DNA from: Eledone cirrhosa
Lineage: Eukaryota
DNA: 64,000 nucleotides
Direction of reading: 5' to 3'
Assembly (NCBI GenBank): GCA_964016885.1
Contig: OZ024743.1
Coordinates: 174,096,001 to 174,160,000 of the forward strand
The position numbers were made by a program, and so were the translations under genes. Numbering within the stretch: position 1 is the stretch's first letter; every line of letters starts with the position of its first letter. This document shows positions 11,862-25,905 of this stretch, one piece after another. The notes beneath the pieces are model-generated. The model worked only from the letters and a program-made list of their open reading frames with translations, had not been told where the DNA came from and ran no database searches.

Positions 11862-14800
11862 TTGGCAATAAGTCAGCGTGCCAGTGTAATAGAGCCAAAC
11901 AAGGCATCTAGTCTTGGCTGCTGGAACGTACGGACGCTGCTTGACAGGGATTCCTTGGAACGTCCTGAACGAAGGACCGCTCTTGTTGCAAAGGAACTTC
12001 GACGTTACGAACTTGACATCGTGGCTTTATCTGAGACGAGGTTAGCTGGAGATGGTCATCTTACAGAATTTTGTGGAGAATATACATTCTTCTGGAAAGG
12101 AAGAGAAGAAGGAACCAGAAGAGAGACTGGGGTAGCATTTGCTGTTAAGACTGTTCTTGTGGATAAATTAGAAGAATTCCCAGTAGGGATTAGTGAGGGT
12201 CTTATGTCCATGAGAATTCCGCTGGACAAAGGAAGATATGCGACCCTGGTGAGTGTGTATGCTCCAACTATTAATTCATGCCTTGAAAGGTGTTTTAAGA
12301 AATATCCCTCAGGCAGACAAAGTCATCGTGCTTGGTGACTTTAATGCTAGAGTGGGTAGGGATTTTAACACCATGGAATGTAATGGGAAGGCATGGGGTG
12401 GGAAAGTGTAACAACAATGGTATGCTCCTGCTGAAGATGTGTGAGGAGCTGGATCTGTGTGTTACCAACACCATGTTCCAACAAAAGAACAAATTTAAGA
12501 CTACATGGATGCATCTTGCATCTAAGGAATGGCATCTGTTGGACTACGTCCTAGTCAGGATGCGTGACAGACAGGATGTGCAGTGTGTTCGTACTCTTCG
12601 TGGAGCTGAGTGCTGGACGGACCACCGCCTGGTACGTGCAAAAGTGAAACTAATGACTAAACGTAAAATCCGGGCTCTTGGTGTTACCCTGCCCAGAAGA
12701 TTGAATGCTGCTCGTCTTAGGGATAAAAATGTGAAGAAGACTTTGCGAGAAGAGATGCAGGTTGCAGATCTTGGTGAGGATTGGCCGACCCTTAAAAAGT
12801 CGGTTTATGATGTAGGCAGGCGTGTTCTGGGATTGGTGCAGAGAAAACATCAAGACTGGTTTAATGAGAATGATGAACATATAGAAGACTTGTTGGCTGA
12901 TAAGAGGCGTGCTCTGTCACGCTACTTGACGACAAAACCACAGGAGAAGAATATGTTGCATAAGGAACTCAAGGATGTGAAATCACGTGTTAGGCGGAGT
13001 CTTTCTCAGATGAAGGATCAGTGGGGGAGTGAGAAGGCTGATGAGATACAAGCTGCATCAGATTCCAATAACACAAACCTGTTGTACCGTCTCTTGCGTG
13101 AAGTTTATGGACCGTCTTCTCTGGTGACACCGCTTCGCAGCAGGGATGGCAAAGAACTTCTTCGTGACTCACAAGAAATTCTACGAAGATGGCGAGAGCG
13201 CTTTCATGAACTTTTGAATCAGCCGTCTGTCATCAATGAAGATTTCCTCAATCTCATTCCAGAAAATCCTGTGAAAGTAGCTCTCGCAGAATCTCCGACG
13301 CTTGCGGAGGTTGCAGTAGCTATCTCGAAGCTGAACAGTGGAAGGTCTCCAGGTATGGATGGCATACATGCAGAGCTCCTACAATATAGTGGTGAAAGAC
13401 TTCTGCAACATCTTCACTCTTTGTTTGGCAGGATAGTGGCTAATGAATCCGTACCTGTGGACTGGAGAGACGCAGTAATGGTGGTCTTGTACAAGGGAAA
13501 GGGTAACAGGAATGATTGTGGGAACTACAGAGGTATATCATTGCTTTCTGTCGTAGGGAATGTTTTATGTAGGGTGCTTCTGGACCGTCTGCTGACACAC
13601 ATTGCAGATTGTGTTCTTCCTGAAAGTCAATCTGGTTTTCGTGCTGGACGCGGCACTACTGATATGATCTTCTCAGCTAGACAGCTCCAGGAGAAGTGCA
13701 TGGAACAAGGTTTGGATCTGTATCAGGTTTTTGTCGATCTGACAAAAGCTTTCGATACTGTTAACAGAAATGCATTATGGAAGGTTCTCCAGAAACTTGA
13801 TTGCCCTGATAAGTTCCTTGCTTTGGTTAGGTCTTTCCATGATGACATGAAGGCTTGGGTTAATGTCGGAGGTAACATGCCGGAGCCCATCTCAGTAAAA
13901 AATGGAGTGAAACAGGGGGATATTCCAGCACCGACCCTGTTTGCCATATACTTTGCAATGGTTTTCTATCTTGCATTCAGGAATTGCGAGCATGGTGTTT
14001 ACATCCAATATCGAACCTCAAGCAGCATATTTAACATCAGGCGCTTTGCTGCAAAAACAAAAGTATTTACATCAATCATAAGAGACCTCTTGTATGCAGA
14101 TGATTGCGATCTTGTAGTGCACACAGAGAGTGATATGCAGCATATTTTGAATGCATTTTCTGATGCTTGCACTGCCCTAGGATTGACTGTCAGTCTCAGG
14201 AAAACCGTCGTCATGTACCAACCTGCCACTGGTAATCAGTACAGTGAACCAAATATCTATGTGTATGGTAAACGACTTGGAGTGGTTGATCAGTTTGTCC
14301 ACCTGGGAAGCACTGTCAATCGATACAGCAACCTTGATAATGAAATCCCACTCAGGATTAGGAAAGCAAGTGATGCTTTCGAAAAGCTAGAAAGGCGACA
14401 CTGGGGTCGGCGAGACATGCAAGAAGACAAAGGTAAAGGTGTACAAGGCATGTGTGCTCTCTTCTTTATGCCTGTGAGACCTGGGTCACATATCGACACC
14501 ACCTTAAGCAATTGGAGCGTTTCCATCAGATGTGTCTCAGACGGATCCATGGCGTTCACTGGAGGGACCACATCAGTGATGCCGAGATTTTGGAAAGCTC
14601 TCTTTGTGACAGTATATAAGCTCTTGTGCTTAATCAAAGGCTCCGTTGGAGTGGTCACCATGCCAGGATGAAGGATTCTAGAATACCAAAACAACTCTTT
14701 TATGGAGAGTTAGTTAAAGGAAAATGACCTCCACATAAACCAAAAAAGAGGTATAAGGATTCCTTGAAAGCCTCTTTGAAAGACGCTAACATCTCTGCTG

Positions 14801-15267
14801 ATACATGGGAAAATGTTGCTGCTGATTGTAATAAATGGAGAAAGACTGTATATGAGGGGAAAGCTGCCTTTGAGGCATCTCAAATCGCATACGAGAAAGT
14901 AAAGCGGGATGTGAGGAAGGGCATTACTGTTGCATTTCCAGACGGCGAAGTTCCTCCTATGGCATTGACATGCAGCGTCTGTGCGAGACTCTGCCTAAGC
15001 AAAGCTGGACTCGAAAGTCATCTTCGCAGTCATAAAGTGAGACCAGTGGTTGACTACCAGGCTGCTGTTGGAGATGCTACTCATCATGCTTGCCAAACAT
15101 GTGGTAGAGAATGTAAATCAGCAGGAGGGCTCAAGCGACATGCAAAAGTACATGAACACCAACCACAGCCGGCTATTCCCAGTCAATGTTTTGGTTGCCA
15201 ACTGTGTGCAAGACATTTTAGGTTATTGGCTGGACTAAAAAGCCACATTCGATCGCAGCGCTGTTGA
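11862..15267 (+). pseudogene. RTE-clade LINE ORF (APE + RT + three C2H2-like zinc fingers), frameshifted
   Basis: LGCWNVRTLLD...PERRTALVAKEL...ALSETR, ECWTDHRLV, LPESQSGFRAGRGT, FVDLTKAFD and LLYADD. Frameshifts near 12280-12330 and 14410-14460, and a stop at ~14726. Confidence 0.93.
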
Positions 15268-15300
15268 TTGCTATCGTGTCTGTGTAGATATGTTTATGTA

Positions 15301-15341
<41 letters not shown>

Positions 15342-15394
15342 TTGTTGTTGTTGACGTTATTATTATTGTTGATATTATTATTATTATTATTGAA

Positions 15395-15496
15395 CCCGCC
15401 GAGGTTGACTTTGCCTTTCATCCTTACGGGGTCGATAAAATAAAGTACCAGTAATGCACTGGGTAATTGCTGGCCTTGTGCCTAAAGTAGAAACAA
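15395..15496 (+). mobile_element. 5'-truncated tRNA-derived SINE
   Basis: cccgccgaggttgactttgcctttcatcc...gtagaaacaa flanked on both sides by (att)n-gaa. Confidence 0.85.
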
Positions 15497-15732
15497 TTAT
15501 TATTATTATTATTATTGAATGCTATGGTTGACGGAGGCTCGGCTCTGTAAGGTACTGTAAATTTTGAACGCTATAACAATTGTAAATTGTTTAAAACTTA
15601 GACCAACTTGTAGACAAAAACACCCTCCTCCTCGCGAGAGGGGTCTTTCTGCCCGTTATTTGGCCCTTCGGGGTTAAATAACTGCTTATTGGGGTTTTGT
15701 ACCCAATATTTATTTTAAACAAAAAAATCAAC

Positions 15733-17687
15733 ATGGCTACGAAAAAGAATTTGCATAGGTCACTCCCACTCATTCCGTCTTCTTCTTCCTCAATCATCAC
15801 TACAGCAGAGAGAAGATTGTCTCTCTCCCTCCCTTCTTTAAATGTGTCTCTCTCCCTCCCTTCTCTTTCGCAAGCGACGAAAGAAAAGAAAAGTCTCGTG
15901 CAAAGCGTGCAAGGTTTCTCCACGACGACGACGACAGCGACGAAACAGGTGTGCGGGAAATACGACAACCCAGTTCATTCGTCTGACGTCAGGAATAATA
16001 GCAGTAGCAGCCGTAATAACAACAGCAACAGTGACAATGAAAACAACAGTAGCAGCCGCAACAGCATCACCAGCAGCATAAACAACAACAGCATTAGCAG
16101 CAGCAGCAACACCAACAACAACCACAGCAACAGCGGCGAAGGCAGTAGTCGTAGTACCTGCAACAACAACAAAAGTAACAGCAGCTCTGACGACAACAAC
16201 AACAACAACAAAGAAAAACCAATCTCAAATGCAGGTATTGCGAAAAACTTGGAAACAATCCTCATAACAAATGAGGAATTAGAGGAAGCGAAGAAGATGG
16301 TGACAAAGAATGGACACCGAGCAATCTGCAAGGCAGCGGAAAATTTTTTCGAAACCCAACAGCACTGTACGGTCACGTACCGTACAGTAAGTACAAAATC
16401 CCGTAGGGTGGAAAGAGCCACAGAGGCCCAAATACAAAAAGCCTGGGGGTCTGTGTGGAAGCGGAAAACGCACATCACCCGAGGCAAAAAATGTGCCACT
16501 GTAGACGTACTTTTTGCCACACCCCAGGAGGCAAAGGCCCAATCCGTAGTGACCCTAAGGAGCGAGGAAATGGTGTTGGTGCCCTCCTACTGCGGGCAAA
16601 AAATTGTGAGGGTCAAACTGACCCACGTCCCCCCCGGAATGGCCCCTTCTTGGCTGGCCGCGTCTGTCCTCGTCGGAATCGAGGACAAAACAACTGTACT
16701 GCAAGTACAGAAAAAAGTAAGAGAAGATTGGGCCGGCACCTCCATTGAGATGCTAATCCAAACCAACCAGGAGTGCATCGAAGCTATCCCGGATGTGATA
16801 GACTTCGATAACGGCACTCAACTGCCCATAAGTGTTGAGGGCAAACGCCCGAAATGCTTTCGCTGTGGATCGAAGACTCACCTCAGGGCCTTCTGCAACG
16901 AGAAGACCCTGAGAAAGGAGAAAACCCCCTCCTTCCGAAACCGGCTCCACGGCTACCAGCAACAGGACAAGCGGCAACCAGGAACGATAGGTCCGTGGCA
17001 CCTATACCCACGCCACGGAAATCAAAAACAGCAGCAGCAGTGGAAATATTAACAACAACAACAGCAATACCAAATACAGCTGCAACAGAGACTCCAGTGC
17101 AAACATCACCAACAACAACAAGTGAAAGAGTGGAGCTGGTACCCCTCCCCGACCTCACAGAATCAGACATGGAGTGTGAGGTGGGAGAGGGATGGCAAAA
17201 GGTCGTAAGAAGGCACAAACGCAGAAGCAGCGCATCGTCGCCTTTGAAAAGGGAGGAAAGAAATGAGAAAAGGGTAAAGTCTACTGCAAAGAGACCCACA
17301 GCAACAACACCACCAACACCATCACCACCCACACTAGCACCACCATCACCACCGGCGACAACCCCACCGCCAACAACACCTCCAACACCACCACCACAAG
17401 CACCAACATCGCAAACACAACAACAAAACACACACACCCAGCAACAACGACAAGAAAATAGCAGAACCACACCCCACCCCCAGAAAAACAAATGCACGGC
17501 AATAAATACACACAACAAGAAACTAATGACTTACATAATTGAACACACAGACATTTCACAACAGGACTACATAATACCAGCACCAATCAAAACGCCAACT
17601 AACATAAGACTGCTAAAAATAGCACAGAAACAATACACAAACATTAAAACGAAATTCCCCAACGCAGTTGGTGATTTCAGGGACTAG
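15733..17687 (+). pseudogene. LINE ORF1 (CCHC zinc knuckle), one frameshift
   Basis: ATG at 15733, Ser/Asn-rich region and CFRCGSKTHLRAFC. The frame shifts near the aaaaccccc run (~16925) into the Pro/Thr-rich frame ending at 17687. Confidence 0.87.
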
Positions 17688-17868
17688 GAGGAACTATCAA
17701 TCGAAGAGTATATTCAGACATTCTCTTAGAAGAGCCGACGACCAGCCGAAGGGACGATTCAACGGTCCCTTCACCAGACGATCAAGTGAAAAGGGATGTA
17801 AAAACCATCCCTCCTCTGCGAAAAGTACGGTAGGTGGTCTTTCCCATCTTTTCCACTCTATTTTAAAC

Positions 17869-20800
17869 ATGACCTAACTCAGAATAGGCAGCATAAATGC
17901 GCGTGGCTTGGGGTCGTCACGGAAGCAGGGTCACCTGCTCAACGACCTCAGGTCACTAAACATAGATGTAGTGGCCATCAGCGAGACCAGAATCTCCGAA
18001 GCACGGGCCTTCGCACCGATCTTTGGCGGCTACGATGTGTACGCATCTCCCAGCCGTCCTGGATCGGGGGGAGGAGTTGCTGTGCTTTTTCGGAGAGGTT
18101 TGGATCTGGCCATACGGGCCATCTTCCAGGACCCAGAGGGTAAGCTGGTGGTGCTGGACGTGACCAGCGGAGACGGGAAAGCTTTCAGGCTAGTGGCCGT
18201 CTATGCCCCGACAGGAGCAGGGCGGCCTGATTTCTTCCGGCGTCTGGAGACCTTTCTTGGAACGTCCCGCTCTTTAGTGTTAGTGGGCGACTGGAACGGG
18301 ATCTTAGATGCACGCTGGGACTGTGTGGGATTAGCGGATAGGGGTGGAGGGTTCAAGAGCCTCACCAACCTGCTCAGGCGTTTTGAACTGTCTGACAGGT
18401 ACCGATTGGATTTCTCGAATGTGCCAATGTGGACTTGGACAAATCTCATAGGGTCATCCAGATCATATCTAGATAGAGTATTTTGTAGGGAAATAGATAG
18501 GTCTAGCATAGGCTGTCCACAATTCAAGATAGTCAGCTACACGGACCACAAATTCGTGATCTGTGTGCTTGACTTAGATAGGCTTCATAGACGAGGACCC
18601 GGCTACTGGAAGCTAAACGCGTCCTTACCAGCGCGCAAGGTCTACAGAGACCGGATTAGCGAACTAGTTAAGCGGGCGTTGACGGGGGCCATCGTCAACA
18701 ACAAGTGGTGGTTTGCTCTGAAAAGAGCGATTAGAATAGAATCCATTAGGTTTAGTAAGGCTTTAGCAATAGAGAAAAATAGAGCAGAGGGAGAACTAGT
18801 TAGAAAATTAGACGAGGCGCTTAGCAAAGGCATTGCGATCGACGTGCTTGCGGCGAAATTGGCCCTTGACCAATTCTTCAATGCAAAGCACGAAGGCTGC
18901 GTTGTCAGAGCAAGGGTGCGTGCTCTCAGACACGAGGGGACGAAAGCCGTTCAATGGGCCCGAGTGGCGGAGGCGCGTCGTGGCAACAAAGCCACGATCC
19001 GGTCTTTGGTGGACCACGACGAGCGCATGCTACTCGATCCCGGGCAGATGTGTGAAGCTTTTCAGCGACACTTCGCTCAGCTGTTCGGGGGCAGCGGTGG
19101 GCCGGGTCGAGGGATGGACTTTAGTGTCTACCTCGACGGACTGCCGCGGCTCTCGGCCACTGAGGCGAAGTGTTGCGAAAAGCCGATAACAGCCGCTGAA
19201 GTAAGGGAGGCAATGACTGGCTGCACAAGGGGTAAATCGCCTGGTTTGGATGGTCTGCCCTATGAACTTTACGTACAGATGCCAGACTTGTTCGGAGGCC
19301 TCTTGGCGGACGTCTACTGCAACTGGCAACAGAACGGGAGCATTCCCAGTTCTGTGAGCCGAGGAGCGGTGGCACTGCTGAGAAAGGATCCGAACAAGGG
19401 GGATAACGTAGATAATTTCCGGCCCATAACTCTGCTAAACACAGAGTTCAAGATTTTGGCCAAGGTGCTAGCAAAGAGGTTGGCGCTTGTCGTTGGTGGT
19501 CTGGTGGGAGAGGCGCAGACATGCGCCATTCCCGACAGATCCATCCACGACAACCTCCACCTCATGCGATACATCGTAGAGAGGGTAGCTAGGGAATCTG
19601 GCACGGGTGGGTCCTTGATCAAATTAGATCAGTCGAAAGCTTTCGAAAGGGTCGACCATCGTTACCTAGCGGCAGTCCTGAGGGCGGCTGGCTTTGGGCC
19701 CGTCTTCAGAGGCTGGATCGCTGCCATGCACAGCGACATCTGCTCTGTGGTGAGAGTGAACGGTCACCTGTCGGAACCGTTCAACATCATGCGCTCGGTC
19801 CGCCAAGGATGTCCCCTCTCGTCCCTCTTGTACGTATTGACTCTCGAGCCATTACTGCACAAACTTGAGACGTTGAGGGGCGTCCCGCGCGAACTAGGAT
19901 GCGGACGATGTCACCGTAGTGGTGTCGAACGCCAAACACATCGAGGCGATCGGCACTACACTAAGAGAATACGAAGCGGTGACAGGAGCAATGATCAACC
20001 AGGAAAAGTCAGTGGGCCTGCAACTCGGCACCTGGAGAGGCAGGTCCATGCCGTCCAACAGCGTCGTCGGACGCTGGACGGACGGACCGGTTAAATTGCT
20101 AGGGGTCTGGTTCGGTCCGGACCTCCAGACGGACAAAAACTGGGACGAGGTGACGAGCAGGGTGGCTTCTCTCACCCAGAAATGGGCGGAGAGGAAGCTA
20201 TCCCTGAAAGGTCGAGCAGAGGTGGCTAACGCGTACATCGCGTCTGTCATCTGCTACCGCCTGACCGTCGTACCTTGTCCTAAGCCTCGCCTGACTGCGC
20301 TGGAGCGTTTGCTCTTTCGCTTTTTGTGGAAGGGACGCGCTCCGATGGTCAGGCGGTCCATCTGTTGTCAACACCCGCTACGTGGAGGGCTGGGCATGCC
20401 GTGGCTGATGGTGCGCAGGTATGCGCTCAGGCTACGACATCTCCACCTCTTCCTCGACGGTGATCAGGTGTGGTCGCCGTTTGCTAGACACGCATTTCCC
20501 CAGCTCGTTTCCTTGACGGAGCTGCAGTCCTGGGTCAAGCGAAGACCGAGAGGGAGCGCCTGGAGACTGCAATGTCTTCAGGCGCTCACAGCCCTCGACC
20601 AATCGGGCAATGTGATCGGTGGAAACTCCACCTCGGCGTTCTATAGAGGATTAGTGGAGGGGAAGAGCGACGACGTACTTGGGGAAACTCTAGGCGTCGA
20701 CGAAAATCAACTAGCCAATCTCTTCGGAAGAACTTTCGGGCCAGGGCCTATGGACAACTTCCAGAAATCTCTGGCCTGGCAGTGCTACCGAGGAGCCTTG

Positions 20801-21265
20801 CCAGTTCGGGATAAACTCTACAGGCATGGAGGTGCCGTCAGCCGGGCATGTCCGAGATGCGCGCAGGGCGACGAAACCGTCCTGCACGCACTCGTCCAGT
20901 GTCCGAAAATTGCTGACTTGTGGGTTTATGTCGAACACCTGCTGTCGTGTGTAGGACGGATCCGGCTATCATCTGAGTCCATCGTGGGGATTGCCCCGCC
21001 CTCCTCTTTTAGCCGGGAAGGGCAGGAAGTTTTTATCTGTCTGGTGGCCATGGCGAAAGAGATAGTATGGTGGACACGTTTGAAAGGGCTGAAGACGAGC
21101 ACTTACCTCTTTGGTGATGCTCTGATTGACTTTTTCAAATTTCATTTGAAAAGGAAAATCAGAGTAGAGAGGGAAGTGCTCTCTTCCCAGCATTTTGTTG
21201 AAAGATGGGTGAGAGAAGCAAGAATGGCCCGAGTGAATGGGCCTACTCTGAGTATATATCTGTAA
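17869..21265 (+). pseudogene. LINE ORF2 (APE + RT + CCHC), early stop and frameshifting deletion at YADD
   Basis: atg acc taa at 17869, then YLDRVF, TDH, VRQGCPLS, a deletion at ~19900 and CPRC...ETVLHALVQC. Confidence 0.93.
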
Positions 21266-21519
21266 ATTAAAGGTGGAAAACTGGGAGGGGGCACTTGCCT
21301 TGGTGGTCAGGGTCACTGTGGCCTTTTACTGGGCTTTCTCCACAAATGTCCCTCCGAAGTCTCCCCCTATTGGGGAATTTATCATTGTTATTTTTGTTAC
21401 ATCCTCTGTTTTTGTTTTTTACACGCAGAAATGCCCATTTGTACCGTCCTGTATTGTCCTGCACTGTCCTTAATGTCTACTTTATGTAAACTCTTGTGGC
21501 TAATAAAGAAATCATTATT

Positions 21520-21719
21520 CTTGTTCTTTGAGTCTCAGTCATTGATGTTAGTTAACTGGAAAGTTTGTTGAAATGAATATCAAGCCACTACCTGCAGCCT
21601 CAGATATTCAGGACGTATCGGAGGGTTCTTGCTGTTCCCAACAAGCATGCCTTTTGAAGCATTCCAAAAAGCGTGGCGGGGCCAATTTTCTTTAACCATC
21701 CCTGGAAACTTTTTGAGAT

Positions 21720-21720
<1 letters not shown>
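21520..21720 (-). mobile_element. 3' fragment of R4/Dong-type (RLE) non-LTR retrotransposon
   Basis: Minus strand translates ISKSFQGWLKKIGPATLFGMLQKACLLGTARTLRYVLNI* (stop 21600-21602), resembling the LQKxxLLGTARILR C-terminus of R4-clade ORFs. Flanked by ATT/TAA repeats. Confidence 0.75.
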
Positions 21721-21773
<53 letters not shown>

Positions 21774-22707
21774 GTACTTATGGGTTCACCGAACATTTAT
21801 TATAATGTTCGGTTTGTTTGTAAACAAACAGCCCGATTTACGCCGTACAGTGTTCGGAAACCATCGTCGCTTTTTTGTTCAACACTTACACAGGAACGAT
21901 GTATACATACTACGATGTATAGATACTACTGTACCTCTGTATACATATATGTATGTACGTATACATACTTACATTTAAGTATCAGCCGTACTAAGAGTGA
22001 GAAATGAAATTTCGTTTCATTCTTTTCCCTTTATAGTTTTCGGTACGCCCTGCCGACTAACTCACTCGATATGCAAATTATGCTGCTCAGCCGTTAATAT
22101 GCATAAGGAGAGTATATACTTTCAAACGTTCAATCATCTGACAGGAAGGTATACGATGCTGACGATAGCTAATAAGCTTGAAACTAGTACATCGTTCCTG
22201 TGTCAGAGTTGAACAAAAAGGCGACGATAAAAATACTTACAACCATAATTCTTCATATAATCTAATTGATTATATATACTATATATAACCCATAATATAG
22301 GTAAATAAATTTAAATTTAAACTCTGGAATCATATTCCACCTCTTCCCCGAAATTAACGTAAATACAAACTCTTCTTCCTTTTTCTTCTTTCCTACACAT
22401 ACAAACACATATCATAATTATTTATATTCTGCATAGCGTCTAAAATAACGTTTTTTCAGCCCTTTACCTCAACCTCATTTGCATACTCATCTTAACAATT
22501 TGAAATATCTGACTTTTCTTCTCTTATCCTTTCACTATTCAAGGAAAACTTGAACCGTTAAGGTATTTTCCTTGGTTATGTCAAAATTTATAAAACACAC
22601 TTCGTATTTTATCTGATGAAAGCGTACCAAAGTTTTGGTACCCTTGAAATATATATAATAGAATAAATATGGTTTTATAAATATAGTTTCCATTTATTTA
22701 ATATCAT

Positions 22708-23377
<670 letters not shown>

Positions 23378-23411
23378 TTACAGTAATCAAAGTTCAGTTT
23401 AAGTCATTTAT

Positions 23412-23460
23412 TTGCTTACAATTGTTTCCTCCAAACCGAGGTTTGGATTCTTCGGAGCAA
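23412..23460 (-). ncRNA. Type I hammerhead ribozyme (CCGAAGA core)
   Basis: Reverse complement of the copy at 25906-25954. Confidence 0.7.
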
Positions 23461-25001
23461 CTATTTATAACATACTTGACCTCCTTTTCAACCCAAGAGG
23501 CATATAAAACATATGCGCATATCGATCAACAGTGGGGTGACATTCATCAAATGATATAGCATGGCAATTTACATATAAAGGTTACAGGATAAAAATAAAA
23601 TAAAGTAAAAACAAGAGTGAAAATAAGAGTGAAAATAAAGATAAACATGAAGCGTTGGCAGTCTATGAAGATAAAGCAAGAGGAAAGCTTAGAGTAGTCA
23701 GTGTATGAAACAATCTCCCGTGTAGCATGCACGCGTGTCTTATCTATACATGATTAGAGTGCGTCAGAAAGATATTTGCAGGGTCAGGCAGTTGAAGCAG
23801 GCAATCGATCTTATTATATAGGCTGAATTATTAAGTCATTTATTCTCATACATCTGTATGATATACAGTCTCGGATGCGGGGAAACACCAAAATATCAAA
23901 AACCTTCAACATACTATAAACCTTATTGTATCGTAGGCAAGGTCGTACCACTGTCATTGCTCACACCACCACTCACATAATCCATGAGACGCAATATATA
24001 TATAGAGAACACGCGTCTATCATATAATTCGCAGTGGTTCAGCATATAGTCAAGCTATAAACCGTATCCAGTCGGTTCTTAATTAATATATCATGCTGTC
24101 CAGATTCCGGAAGTGCCTGAATGACTAAGGGGAATTAATGCTTAAGGGGAGGTAACTAGCTAGTTATCTTAGTTACATTACTATGCTAAACTACATTAAT
24201 GGTGATTCAAATACGTGCCTATCATGTGAAGTTATAACTAATTACTAGAGTATGTTACCCATTTATAGGTTAGAGAGTTGTCCATTAAGAAGTACAAGGG
24301 TGTATATATTAGGATGATTACCATCCATTAATTAAGGGGTGTCATATCTGAACGTTCTATAAGAGGAGTCAGACTCTCAAGTGACTGCTCCATGCAAATG
24401 TAATATAACAGTAGGACCTGGTATGGTCCCACTATTATATATGTCACCCGGTAGGCTCCGGGTCATTGCTTGCCTGCATCTCCAGTAAATCTTCGGTATT
24501 GTCCGGAGATCCAATCTCTCATATAAATGCACTAGTCTGGCCATCAAGCAATAGGCAACCCCCGTCTCAAATATAAATCAATTATGTGTCACATCTCCAA
24601 GCTAGAGTGGAGTCTATTAATAGGTATTAAAGGAGTCCACATCAAGATGATTACGTGCATAATTCAATGAACTGATCGCTTACAGTATATAATCACTTAA
24701 CAATACGATTATCTATCTAATCATCAATCTATCTCTTGGTGGTAATCCATGCACAGGACTATGCTATCGCAACCAGTACCGTGTCCCCAATTTATACTAA
24801 TCTTATATTTGTGCAATGCAGAATAAGTAGTCCACGGTCGAGATATCAGTATTAGAGGTACGAGGGGGTATTCCCAGGGTAGGTGGTACTAAAATGCTGT
24901 CAGTATTATCTTTAGAGTATAGAGATGGGTGTGGATGTGAGGTGTAAGGTGTGCTACTGATGTTAATTGCTAGGGGTGGTGCCGGTTCCAGTCTGACATT
25001 A

Positions 25002-25808
25002 TTATATATAGGGTTTAAAGTTTTGGAACGAGTGTCGGAAGCGGTGTTGGCAATTTGCGAACACTTCTGATTTTTTATTAAGGAGATTATGTTTAGAGAA
25101 GATGATAGTATGGGTCTCTAGTAGACAGAGGTTACAAAATTTATCAGGTGGTTTGTACGATGTTGCACTACCTACCACTTCCCATTTAAGTGTATATATT
25201 TTATTTTTAGTTTTTAGATAGTGTATGTAGCTAGATAGTGAAGTGGAGTTGGCTAGACTGTGTTTTTTGAAAGAGTGGAGGTGCGAATTGTATCTAGTTT
25301 TGAAGCAGTTAGAAGTGGAGCCTATGTAGGTTTCAGAAGAGCTGTTAGTTGTGACTGTACATGAGTATATGATATCCTTGGTTAAGCATTTATTATCTAA
25401 AGGGCAGGTTCTACTTGATCTACAGTTACAATTACTCTGGATGCTAGTCTGCCGGTTACTATGCTGTGTAGAAGTTTGGAGGTTAGCTATAGGGTTATGG
25501 TTATGCGGGTTGTGGTACGCAGCGTTAATGTTTACACTAGTGCTATTACTATTATTTCCATTGATATTACGGTTATTTGTTATAGTGTTACTTTGACTGT
25601 TATTTTGAATGTTATTTTGAAGGTTTATCGACCGTTGTGATTTAGTTTGTTGGAAGTAAGAATTAATTTTTCTTTTATTTGTACTAGCTATGTGGTATGC
25701 TAAGTTAGGCGTAGTAGAGTATGAGATCTTAATAGTGTTTTTGTTTAAAAGGCCGTGGTACCTGTGGCCGGATGGGAAGTGTTTATCTAGTAGTGAGAAG
25801 AAAGCCCT
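25002..25808 (-). pseudogene. PLE C-terminal fragment with GIY-YIG endonuclease (not in ORF track)
   Basis: Hand translation: FFSLLDKHFPSGHRYHGLLNKNTIKISYSTTPN...CNCRSSRTCPLDNKC...IIYSC...TYIGSTSNCFKTRYNSH...CNLC...LLNKKSEVFANCQHRFRHSFQNFKPYI*. Confidence 0.9.
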
Positions 25809-25905
25809 AGATCATTTGATGAATGTCACCCCACTGTTGATCGATATGCGCATATGTTTTATATGCCTCTTGGGTTGAAAAGGCGGTCAAGTATGTTATA
25901 AATAG

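Larger units (their letters stand above)
15520..21519 (+). mobile_element. Tx1/L1-clade LINE, family B, near full length (5' boundary uncertain)
   Basis: Same ORF1/ORF2/3' UTR layout as family A but clearly diverged from it. Confidence 0.9.

Noticed and set aside
14764-15267. Independent host C2H2 zinc-finger gene
   Set aside because: It continues the RTE ORF C-terminus and is followed directly by the element tail.
6009-17586. Leu/Val-rich antisense ORFs resembling membrane proteins (6009, 7254, 15975, 16883, 17281)
   Set aside because: They are reverse complements of AAC/ACC-rich low-complexity parts of LINE ORF1.
22611-22630. ctgatgaaagcg as a hammerhead
   Set aside because: There is no stem II between the core halves and no pairing stems I or III.
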